Below are positions 52,495-64,000 of a stretch of 64,000 nucleotides of DNA, piece after piece. The stretch is from contig NC_057753.1 of NCBI RefSeq assembly GCF_004010195.1, positions 4,143,656 to 4,207,655 on the forward strand, read 5' to 3'. The notes under the pieces were generated by a model that saw only the letters and a program-made list of their open reading frames with translations, did no database searches and was not told the origin of the DNA. Made by a program: the position numbers and the translations under genes. This DNA comes from Chiloscyllium plagiosum (lineage: Eukaryota). Each line of letters starts with the position of its first letter. The stretch's first letter is position 1.

Positions 52495-53120
52495 CCATGA
52501 ATAAACTCCGTTCCATATGTGTATAATGGATCATCACAGGTTAAATTCGGTTTGCAGTAGTCAAGACCATGTTTCAAGTCAGAGATGACACGTTCGGTTC
52601 AAGGTGGTTACTTTCAATTTTTCTATGAACTAATCAGCTCAGTCATACTCAGTTTTTAAAATTTTAATTTCCTCATGTTTATTTTCTGAGTTAGCAAGAT
52701 AATATTCAGTGGTAATTTCTTTCTCAGTTGGCAGGTGGAATTATTTTTTGTTTTCTTTAAATTTGCAGTTACTGCCTGACTGGAATCATCCCTGCCAACT
52801 GGAATTTTTCAGCGAAGATGTTCAAGAGGTTTTGATTTTCGTGAGAAATTTCTTTTTTCTCTTATTTCAGACTTCAGGCTTTACAAAGGTTCATTGCAAG
52901 GCGACTTTGCTCAGATTGAGCGTACTGAGGTTCGATTCGCATTCATTCTATACAGAAGAACATGCGTGCACTTTAGTCTTTTCAGCATGTTTGCTTATCA
53001 TATTAAATCTTTCCATTCATTCCACTCGGAGCCGATGTGCTGAGGTGTGCTCTGAACGCAGTAGTTGAAATCTCGTTTTTTCTTACGTTCTGTCCCGAAT
53101 ATCCCCTGCCCCTCTGTCTG

Positions 53121-53169
53121 ATCAGCAACCAATTCTCCTTCCTCATCAGCAACCAATTCTCCTTCCTCA
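53121..53169. repeat. 21-bp tandem duplication (atcagcaaccaattctccttcctc-containing unit, x2)
   Basis: Directly visible; gives MRKENWLL twice on the minus strand. Confidence 0.85.
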
Positions 53170-53924
53170 TGTTAGGTTTTTTTCCTAACATCCGAATTCA
53201 GTGGAGGGCACACTGTATCACAGACATTTTAGCACTTCTTTAGTTTTGAACACATACATTGTTTTAAAAAGAGACGGTTTGTTTTGTGGATACTTGAGTT
53301 GGTCTTGATGCTGCCGATGTCTTAATGCTTTGACGCTGACAACCCGTGCTCTTATCCGTCATCTTATTACAGATTGACTGGCCACGAGCAGAAATTTCCT
53401 TCTGAATTAGATATTTCAGCTGGATTTATAAAGCTTAGATAACAAATATCCTGGGATAAATTTCTGTCAAACATTTTCTATTTATTGAGTTTTGAATATG
53501 TTGTGCTGGAAAACCAAATTGCCGTTTCACTGCGTCCAAGCAACTGCGGTTTAACATCCACGGAAGTCATCACTGCGAACTGTGAAAAAAAGGGCGACAA
53601 CTTGTCCAGGAATTTTTTTAAAAAAATATTAAGTATGCCAGAAGTTTGAACTGTGAATTGAAATTGCTGGAGCAACTCAACAATTCTGGAATCTTCTGCG
53701 AAGAGAGAAGCAGTTTTAATATTTCGAGACCAATGCATCTCATTTGGAAAGGTTCTGAAAGAACGTTTAAATAGATTCGAAAAAATAACTTTGCCTCATT
53801 TTCTAAAGGTGGTGAAAGTCTACTCACTGTCTGCAGTACCATCTATTTTGCATTACAGATGCAACAATATGTTGGCTGTTTCTGACTCCCACTCGTGATA
53901 GATTCAATACCGGTCTTTTTATTT

Positions 53925-54252
53925 ATTGGAACTGGGTCTCACTGGCTGGCCAGTATTTATTGGCCATCCCTAGTTGCCCTCGAACTGTAAAACTTGCCAT
54001 GAAAATTCAAAATCCAGACCAAATGAAGATAGCAAATTTCATTCCCTGATGAACATTAATGAGTCTGATGGCTTTTCCAATAATAGACATTAGTGTTACA
54101 TTCATCAATAGAAATTTAATTCGACACTTGCTTTGCTGACTGAATTCAAATTCTAGGAATACTGCCTTGGCTGTATTCGAATCCTAGTTGCCACAACGTT
54201 CTCTGAGTTGTTGAATAAATAGTTTAGTGATAACGCAACCGTGTCATTGCCT
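53925..54252 (-). mobile_element. Duplicate of the SINE at 12735-13065
   Basis: Colinear within the segmental duplication. Confidence 0.7.
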
Positions 54253-55239
54253 GCCCGAAACTTAAAAAAAATCTGTTTGTACCCAGGTGCCAGATATTTA
54301 GAATGTGTACTCAGACACAACATGACACATCAGGACCGAGTGACACCATGATGCTATGTTGATTGCACGATTTGTTATGAGCCCTGGGATACATTATTTA
54401 AATGGAGAACTTTTCAATGGCTGGGAATCTGAGGTAGAAACAATGTTGGCTGGAAACGAGAAAAAAATAGGTTTTTACATTAGATGCAATTTTCTTTATA
54501 TCAGATCTGTGAAAACATCAGAGGAAAACGTCGGAAAGCAACAGATTTTGAAATCGCAGCTCCTGGGTTTGGGGAAAGTAAAAAAATGGTAGGCCTTTGG
54601 TAGGGTGGGATAGAGGGAAGTTTGATTGACAAAATATGTCATGTAGCAAGCACAAGGGAACTGGTAATCAGTTACACTCGCAAAAATGTATGAAGACACA
54701 CAAGGTGAATATCTGTACAATGTGAGTTTTACTCCTTACACATCTATTAATTATGTCCAACATATTTTTGAATTTTTTCGTTCTAGTTTCTCTCATCCTC
54801 ATTACTTTGCTTTGGGATTTTTTTCTCCCTAATCACGACTTCATGTTTGTGAAATACCAATCGTATTTGCATTTTTATGCACCGGGTGCTGGGTTTCTCT
54901 CCGCTTTGCTGTTTCCTTTCATTTATTTAAAGTTACTTTCTTGCATTTTGTTCAAAATTTTCCGAAATATGTTTAGCAGTTTGTCGACCTACCACATGAA
55001 TATTCTCTCTCTCCAACTCATTCTTTTTTATTCGAAACTAAAATATCATTTTATTTCTCAGAACCATTTATTAGGAGGTTATTGTATGAGTGTTAAACAT
55101 GCAAACATAGATAAAAAAATTGGTTGATTGGGAACATTTTAACCAAATGCATATACTTGCCTTTTTTCAGATTGGCAGCATTTGATGCATGTCCGACAGA
55201 GGTCAGTGCTGGGCATTCAAGCTTCTACAATTTACAATT

Positions 55240-56640
55240 AAAATTTGCATCAATGTCAGATGAGGGAAACGAAGATATCAAGGTTACATTTGCTGAGGAA
55301 ATAAAGGTAGGTAGGAATGTATTGTGCATAAAATGACATAAAAAGAATGCAGGCCGAAATTAATAGGCTGAATGAATGTGTAAAGTTGGGGCAGACGATG
55401 GATAATGTGAGAACATTTTCAGTTGATTGGGAAGAATAGAAAACAATTCTTACTTTATCAGACAGTGACTCAGTAAGACAAGAATAACATCTACGTGTTC
55501 CCTTTGACAAGTCACAAACATTTTTAGTAAGCAGATACAGTGAGTAATCAGGAACATTCATAATATATTAGATTTCCGGAGGACTTGAACATTAATGTTT
55601 TGATACCACGCTTCAGTGATATCTGGAATTGTTGATACAGCATCTCGAAGACAGCACACAGTTGTCCTCTGTTGCTGAAAGAAAAACATAAATGATTTAC
55701 AGACATTTCAGACGAAGGTTACTGGGCCTGAAAATGTCTTCAGTTGAGGAATTATTGGCCTGCACATGCTTGTTTTCAATGGACTCTGCCTACTTAGTAA
55801 ATGTGTAGATGGCACTAAGGTCGGTGGAGCTGTGGATAGTTCTGAAGGATGTTATGTGTTACAGGGGGACATAGATAAGCTGCAGAGCTGGGCTGAGAGG
55901 TGGTAAATGGAGTTTCATACGGAAATATGTGAGGTGATTCGCTTTGGAAGAAGCAAAAGGAATAAAGAGTACTGGTCGCATGTTAAGATTCTTCATAGTA
56001 TAGACGCACAGAGAGATCTCCGTGTCCATGTGCATCGATTCTTGAAAGTTGCACGCACAGTTTGATTTGGCTGTTAAGAATGCATATGGTATGTTTGCTT
56101 TTAATCGTAGCAGGATTGAATTTCGAAGCCAAGAGGCCGTGCTGCAGCAGTACAAATTTGTGGTGCAGCTGCGCTAAAAGTATTGCGTACAGTTCTGGCC
56201 ACCACATTATAGGAAGAATGTGGAAGCTATAGAGAGGGTTCAGAGGAGATTTACTAGGATGCTGCTTGGTATGGAGGGAAGGCCTTTTGAGGAAAGGCTG
56301 AGGGACGAGAAACTGTTGTCATTAGAGAGAAGAAGGTTCAGAGGTGAATTAATTGAGATATAATAGATAATCAGAAGGTTAGACAGGGTGTACAGTGAGA
56401 TTCATTCTCTTCAGATGGTGATGATTTGCACGAGATGATATAGCTTTAAATTGCGGGGTGATATCGGACAGATGTCAGAGGTCCTTTCTTTACACAGAGT
56501 AATAGGGGCGTGGTACGGTCTGCTTGCAATAGTAGTCGGCTCAACAACTTTAAGGGCATTTAAATGATCATTGGATAAACATATGGATGAAAATGGAACA
56601 GTGTAAGATAAAGGGGTTCCACAGGTTGGTGCCACATCTC
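55240..56640 (+). mobile_element. CR1/HER1 fragments, duplicate of 14030-15425
   Basis: Colinear within the segmental duplication. Confidence 0.88.
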
Positions 56641-58235
56641 TAATGATCCATGTTGCACTACGAACGACTGTGCTATAGAGTCTCCGGTTACTGCTGGTTA
56701 GAGTTGTGAACGATGCTTATTTGGATCATAGAATATCGTACATGTAATTGATAGATTGTCACTGAGATATAGATTGAACTACTCAAGGACTGAAAACATT
56801 GCCATTATACCGTATCCCGGCATCATTGGCGATAGTTTACGATTGGGACTAGAAAAAAAATGTTTAGCTTAAATGGTTGTGAAGACTGGGAATGTCTATC
56901 CCGGAATATTGTGCATCAACAATCTTTGAATACAATTGTTAATACGATAGTCATATTTTGATGCCTCGGGAAACGAGATGACAAGGAGAGCAAGGTAGGA
57001 TTGTCAATTTAATTCCTAATATCAAGTATGGTGCTAATCTTAGCACAAAGTGCCATCAGGCCCTAAGGTCTATTTATTATCTTGTTGTGAGCTTATATTT
57101 TTTCTTCTGCTTTCAATGTACTTATTCAAATCACACCTCGTGATTCCCTCTTAGATCATTCTTCCCCAACCTTGAAATCGAACTGTTGACAAAGGTCTTT
57201 GGACTATGGCACAATGGAGTAACCTAATGAATTTGTGGTCTCCACAGCTGTGAACTCTTAATTCCTCAGCTTTTTCTTCATTTTGTTCTTTATCCACGTG
57301 TCCTTGCTTGTATAGTATATTCTTGTTGCTATCTCCCATATTTTCCCTTCAGCTGGAAAGTAGCATTAGGCTCCTTAACTTATTTTGTAATTTTCCTTTA
57401 GGAATTGATACTGTCATCTGTTGCTTTCCCAAACCCAACATGCCAATAATTTGAACCGACTGTTTAATTTGTTTTCTGAGATCAAATGTTCAATTATCAC
57501 AAGGTCTGCGAAACATGTTTTGAATTCGACAATACACAGGCCAAAGAGCCTTCCAGATTTGCACTTGAGGCTGCAGAAACGCTCATCTCCTCATCTGAAT
57601 ACCATTGTAGCTCTTCCAAACGTTCCCTATCAGCCTCTAGAATCTGTGATGCTAGGCTATTTGTGGTATTGATTATACATCCGATGGTTGATTGCTTGAC
57701 CTTTCTTCACAAATGATATATGACTTGCATTGCTGTTGAGATCAGAATGATCTGCAGTGGGGGGCGGGGTGAAGCATCTTCTACAACATGGCTGCCCCTT
57801 TGTTTTTGACCGAGTGGAGATAATTATTCTCTTTCTCAGTCGCTATCCATTTTGCTGTACCTTAACGTGTCTCTATCTGTATATTTTTGTCTTTCTGACA
57901 TTCAACAAAAATCCATTCACCTCCCTTTCGACCACCGAGAGGAATAGCAGAGACAATAAGTTGCGCTCAGTTTCCAAGGTCCAGAGATGACACTTTTTGT
58001 ATTTCACTTTCGAGAGTGCTCAGTTTCCATGACGGCAATAAAATAAAAACAACTAACCTCGTCAAACATGAAGATAACCCAGCCACAGCTGCACTGGTCA
58101 ATATTTTTAGCACCAGCTTTAATTATATCAGTGTACTAAACAATCTAATTGCCTCCCTAGAGTCAGTCGTAAGGTACAATAATGAGAATTCTTACGTTGA
58201 ATTGGGGAAAGCGCTCAGAACCTCTGATGAAAGAA

Positions 58236-61200
58236 ATGCATAGTATTGTAACCGGTTTGGTGTTTTCCATTTACTACCCGGTCATTGCTACTATCGGCAT
58301 TCCAGGTAATTTATTGCTGGTACATTGCACGTTCTTGAATCATTGCTTTTCTCCATCAAAAAACACTTTTGAGACTCACGCTTCTTCAATTTACATCACT
58401 TTTGATGGGTTTTTTCTTTCGATTCGCCAGTATAATATTTTCGCTAAAAATTGCATATTTTGCTCCTTTTCACATTATTATCACTTCCAACGATATAATT
58501 TCAAGATTTTATCATTTCAAATTGTTTGCTTTTCTGGCGTAATTTGAAGGCACCAATGGTATGATTAGTCACATTTCAAATTGTTATTTCTTTATTCTAT
58601 CTACATAGTTTCTGCTCATGATAGTACACAATCTTCTTCTTTATCTTTGTAAGTTAATACTGCCTTCTTTTGACTTGCGGCATTCCCTCGCTTCAGTTGT
58701 GCAATTCATGTAATATGCATTTAACATCTCATGATTGCTTTTGTTATTTCCATTGTTACTGGGATAGTCTTAACATGATATCATCAGATCTTGCTAGTGA
58801 ACGACTAAAATGTTTTGATGAAATGCGTTTCTGTTTTTTTGCACTCAATGATCATTGCAGAAATAATCCACACCGTTAGCTCAAATCTCAAATTGCGATT
58901 ATTGTCGAAAGTTAGAACTATTTTACGATTGACTCTGACAGTGATAGAATAATTCACAAATAACAGCTGAACGAATTTAACCATACAAAATTTCCCAATA
59001 TAATGTTAATGAATGGATTTTTGAAGCATCATGATTCACACCGAACTCATGAAACATACATCAACAAAATCACACTTACCCTTTAATTGAAGATTGTAAT
59101 TTGCCACGACCTGATACAGCACGGAATTCTATTTCCAATTCCTGTGTTTGGCTAAGTTATCTTGGATATCCACATCAATATATAACTGGTCGTTATTCTG
59201 ATCAGCTTTTGACATCCAGATATGTCCCAAACTGAACCCATCTTCACGACATTGTCCACATTAACCGAATCAGTATATTCGGTGGAAAGCCACACGTACA
59301 AGGACAAAACCCTTGGTTTGATTATCCAAACTGGCATAGGTGTATTTTTTTCGACAAGGTATATCAGCAATGGGGCATTGCAGCCTTTCAAGAGAGATGG
59401 CCAAGTGAGGTATCGTCATATTCGAATTTCAGTATTTTTGATTGGTAATGAAACCTGTTGCGATGCTGATGCTCGTTTAAAAAGGTCACGTTATCCTTGG
59501 CCGTTTTTTCAGAGACGTCATAAATGCAGCGATTCTGAAATATTTGGCTTTCGATGTGTTTTAAGTCCAATTTGATTATCGCTAACAGATACTGCCTCAG
59601 GCAAAACCTTTTCTGTTTACATAATAAAGAACCTTATACAGTGAAATGGGAGTGCCCAGTCCTCCCAGCTCAGCATTTCTAGTTTGGTTTGGTTTTGGCA
59701 GTCTTTCTATTCACGGAAAGCAATCAAATCGTGTTTTGAAACTGCTGGAACCAAAGAACCATATCCATGCTAATACAGTCTCTCTGACAAGTCTCCTCTA
59801 AAAATCAGTGTTTGGCTTTACCTTTTGTGCTAAGAGGAATTAATGGAGATTGTTGCAAATATTTAGAACAGTATCATTAAGCTGGGATAGCCTGTTGGGT
59901 TTTCGGAGAGGGTACGTTATTCTGTATTGTGTTATCTTTTGTTTGTGTTTCATTCGGTAACCATGTCAATAAATTCTGTTTTGTTTAAAACTACGTGGTT
60001 TAACTAACTGCATTTCCCCTGGACGATCCGTGTTACACCTGCTTAAAACAACCAGAAAAGCGATGGTCTGATGTATTTTCTTGAAATGTTTAGAGGGATT
60101 TTGGCCAATGTTTGGTCCATAACATTGCCATTTTGCGAACTAAGATTTATCAATGCCTCATTTCAAGCGCTGGCTCAGCTAAACCACAGGCAAACTAACT
60201 GTGCATAGTGCTCAAAAACTAACAGGAATAGCAAATGAAAGTCGGCACGTCGAGTAGATCTGTGGGAGGGAAATAGGTGTGCGTGCTGTTCCTCTAGGTT
60301 AGGATGTCTTGATCATGTTGTCAGTAGAATTGTCCATAATGAATAGTTGTAGACGAAAAATGCATAGGAACTAACTCGTGGCAGAGTAATTTATACACAT
60401 TTTCTTACCTGTTCTTTTTGATCCAGTCCAATGATCAAAACACGCCTTTGCTTCGCTGCTGTTTGCCTTGTAGATTCGTTATTAAAGTGCCTGGTGGAAT
60501 AAAGATTTCTTGCCCTCTGTTCAGTGACACTGAATTATTTTATGGTGTTGCAACATTCAGCTGTCAATATCCTGAAAATGTTCTGAATTTGTTAAACTAA
60601 AAACACTTCCTGAAACATAGAAAATAATTTGAAAACTCAGACAAAGTTGTCATTTTGTAAAGTTCATAAGAGTCATTTCAAATGATTGATTTCTTTCAAG
60701 AAACCGAATGACGTGTGTTCTCTTTCTATGCATTGCAGCTAATTTTGCCGTAATTGTGATACTTTCCCGAAGAAAATGCGGACTTTCTGCATGTGTAATT
60801 TACTACCTGATGGCGATGGCAGTGACAGACCTCTTGATCATGGTGACGGCCGTATTATTAAACCGAATTGCTGGGATTTATTTCCCATCAAGTTTCCTGT
60901 CTATTACCCCAGTGTGCAGCTTCCGTTATGCCTTAAATATCGCTTCCTTCGACTGCTCTGCCTGGTTAACAGTTGCCTTCACTTTTGAGCGATTTGTGGC
61001 TATTTCCTGTCAGAAGTTGAAAATAAGGTATTGTAACGAGAAAATGGCAGGTTGGGTAATAGGAATCGTGATCGTGCTGACCTGCATGATAAATCTTATC
61101 AAATATTTTCAATTCGAACCTACGTACATAATTTCTGACATACCCTGGTTCTGCAGCATAAAGTTATCGTACTATACATCACTGGCATGGATCACCTACG

Positions 61201-61658
61201 ACTGGATTCGCTGCATTTTAAACCCTTTCCTACCATTCATTCTGATTTTACTGCTCAATGTTCTGACTATCAGACACATTCTAGCGGCCAATAGAATTCG
61301 GAGAAGATTGCGGACTCAGAGTAATGAAGGGAATCAGAATGATTCAGTGATGGAGAAGCGGAATAAGTCCATCATTTTACTGTTTGCTATCTCGGGCAAT
61401 TTTCTACTTCTAAATTTGTTGTATTTTGCAACAACCTCCTATGTCCGAATTGCAACAGTTCCTTATTCCTCAGGATCCAATGCTACTAATTCCACATTTA
61501 TTCTCCAACAAGGCGGATTTATGCTTCTGGTATTGAGCTCTTGCATGAACCCATTTATTTATGCTGGGACACAGAAGAAATTCAGAGCTGAGTTAAAAAC
61601 AGGGCTGAAATATCCTTTCAACCAATTGGTTAGTATGTTTAATAAAACACATTTTTAA
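58236..61658 (+). CDS. Intact two-exon GPR139/GPR142-like class A GPCR, copy B (exon 1 58236-58305, optional in-frame ATG at 58227; exon 2 60739-61658; 329 aa)
   Basis: Exon 1 reads MHSIVTGLVFSIYYPVIATIGIP + G|gtaatt. Acceptor cattgcag|CT at 60739. Same 7TM motifs as copy A, with 20 amino-acid differences counted by eye. Confidence 0.9.
59456..60124 (+). mobile_element. Solo LTR in the intron of GPCR copy B
   Basis: TGT...ggtccataaCA termini, with AATAAA at ~59968. Confidence 0.6.
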
Positions 61659-63444
61659 AGTCTACCATGCTATATGTCTTTCTTCAACATAGAATTTTCT
61701 TCTCCATGCACCTTTAGACACTTGGCTTGAAATTGATTGGTATGTGAACTTACCTAAATGGCAGTTAAAATGCAAGTTTAATTTTTGTGAATTATTCTCA
61801 ATAATTTCCAGCTCTGTAGCAAGTGTTGACTTAGACGGTGCACATTTCTGTCAGCCAGGAGAGGGTAATATCGCTTCGGAGGTCGAGAATTAGCAAGTGG
61901 TCAATACTGGGACATATTATTATTTATAGTTCCAAGTATGTGAACGTGTTCAGAAAGAAGAAATGTGTCTATTCCTTTTCTCATACCTGTTTTACGATCC
62001 GTGCCTGGCTACAATATTGCCTAAATCGACAGATTTATGTGGACGTGCATTTACTGAAGTTTCATTCTTTCTCTGATTTTATTCAATTCACTGCAATATT
62101 TTCTTTTGTAACGAAGGGGATGACTTCAAATATTGCCATTAGACTAAGAGTGAGCTTCACCAGTTGTGCTATGCTCGTTCTAATGCACGTCCATATAATT
62201 GTTCCTGTCTCTGCTCGATGTTTTGGTGCATCAGTGGTCTGCTTGTTAGCGCTTATATTGGAATTTCACGAGCATCGTTTTGGTCCCAACTCCCTTGCAC
62301 TGGAGATGCTATATTGCACTGACTGGAGATATGACTACTCTGCTTCTTGAGCTGAAATCAGTGAAAAACGATCACAGGTTTAAGATGTCCCACCAACTGC
62401 TCATCAATTGGGTGTCCATCCAAGTACTAATATACAAATGTGCAAAATGCTTTTTATTCTGCAACCTATCTGTTTACCGATTCATTTGAGCATGTGTATT
62501 CCAGGGCTAAATACCCATTTCACAGTTGCCTACCCTGTCTTCATTCCTCTCAGATCATACCAACAAGCGTGAGTAACGCCGTGCATGGAATTCTGCTTGC
62601 AGGTATTTTGTTTATTTTGTATTCCCAGTGTGCAGCACCAATCACCCCATTATTGATCAGCAATCAGAAACAAGAGCTATGTGTTTAGTAATAGCACCTC
62701 ATCATTCCTTCCATGATTTTTCTTCCATATTCAACATTTGCTGGGCTCAAGTCACCAATGCGTCATCGACGTTGTTCACAGTGGATAGAACACTGTTGGA
62801 TTGAGATATCAAAGAGGAGTCTTGTTTGCCCTATTTAGGGCAGACTCAAACATTATTATGATCTCTTTTCCACCAAATGTGGGAGAGTCCAGAGACCTCT
62901 CCGAATCTTTCTTTCATGTAGAACACAGTTGCCCTCTTATCCACAGCTGAGGTCCGTGGTCAATGCCACTTTATCTTTCCCATGCACATTTGTTACATGC
63001 AACTTTACGTCAGTGCTTCCCACACTCCCTTTGATGACACGTCTAATCCTTTTGAGTACACGATCAGTAATGTACTACTTATTGATCGGCCTTAGGTTCC
63101 CCGTGATCTCAAGATTTTACCATACATCGTTGCCGTCAGGTCTTGGGGACTCCATTAATTTACTCTCCAATTCAATGGTTCTACTCTTTCTCGAGCAGTT
63201 CCTCGGCCTGCGTATCTCGAAAGAGTGCTTGAATTTTATTATTCATTGCTCCCGCTATGAAATTCTTTACTAATATTATATTTCTTCCTAATCTAATCAC
63301 AAGAGGTAGAAAAGTATGCTACTCCTGAAAAACTCATAATGTCCCTGTTAAAATCAGATTAATCTAAAGAAAGTCATATCGATACACCTTGGTTAGAGTT
63401 CTTTAGCCAGCAAGTTGTGAACCCGCAATTATAATTCCTTCTCA

Positions 63445-64000
63445 TGGCCAGATGTCTGCAAGTATCTGCAAGTCATTGGTCGACAGGCTTCGTACCAGCG
63501 GACTGGACGATTGCAAATGTTGTGCCCTTGTTCAAGGAGGGGAGTAGAGATGACCCAGGTAATTATAGACAGGTGAGCCTTACTTCTATTGTAGGAAAGG
63601 TTTTGGAAAGGGTTATAAGAGATAGGATTTATAATCATCTAGCGAGCAGCAAATTGATTTCAGGTAGGAAATATGTTTTCTTCGTGTCTCACAAACCTCA
63701 TTGAGTTTTTTGAAAAGGTGACCAAGCATGTAGATGAGGGTAGGTAAGTTGACGTGATTTATATGGACTTCAGTAAAGCCTTTGATAAGGTTCCCCATGG
63801 TTGGCTGTTGGATAAAGAGCAGAGGCATGGGATTGAAGGTGATTTAGCAGTTTGAATTAGAAACTGGCTTTCTGAAAAAAGGCAGTGAGTGATGGAAAAT
63901 ATTCAGCCTGGAATCTGGTTACTAGTGGTGTGCCACAAGTATCAATTTTGGGACCACTGCTGTTTGTCATTTTTATAAATGACTCAAACGCAGGCATAGG
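63445..64000 (+). mobile_element. CR1/HER1 RT fragment, duplicate of 22625-23172
   Basis: VPADWTIANVVPLFKEGSRDDPGNYRQVSLTSIVGKVLE. Confidence 0.92.

Larger units (their letters stand above)
53310..64000 (+). repeat. Segmental duplication, copy B (runs off the window end)
   Basis: Colinear with 12117-23172, with scattered substitutions and indels. Confidence 0.95.

Noticed and set aside
1..64000. Prokaryotic systems (CRISPR arrays, operons, retrons) suggested by the many RT fragments
   Set aside because: The sequence is vertebrate genomic DNA. All RT motifs belong to degenerate CR1/L2/RTE/Penelope retrotransposons, and no spaced repeat array is present.

Overview
Eukaryotic, AT-rich, repeat-dense DNA. 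It is almost certainly from a cartilaginous fish (shark), judging by HE1-type V-SINEs, HER1/CR1 LINE tails and Gmr1-like Gypsy remnants. The host genes form a tandem cluster of class A GPCRs of the GPR139/GPR142-like type. Two are intact two-exon genes (17309-20765 and 58236-61658, 329 aa each, 20 aa differences) lying inside an ~11 kb segmental duplication. Three are pseudogenes (2763-3052, 7920-8828, and 48542-49410 on the minus strand). The rest is CR1/HER1 LINE fragments, HE1 SINEs, an L2/CR1-group LINE with a tRNA-derived head and its short SINE counterpart, a Penelope RT fragment, LTR remnants, older paralogous blocks and a 500-N assembly gap. Family assignments come from motif recognition, not database searches, and most repeat boundaries are approximate.
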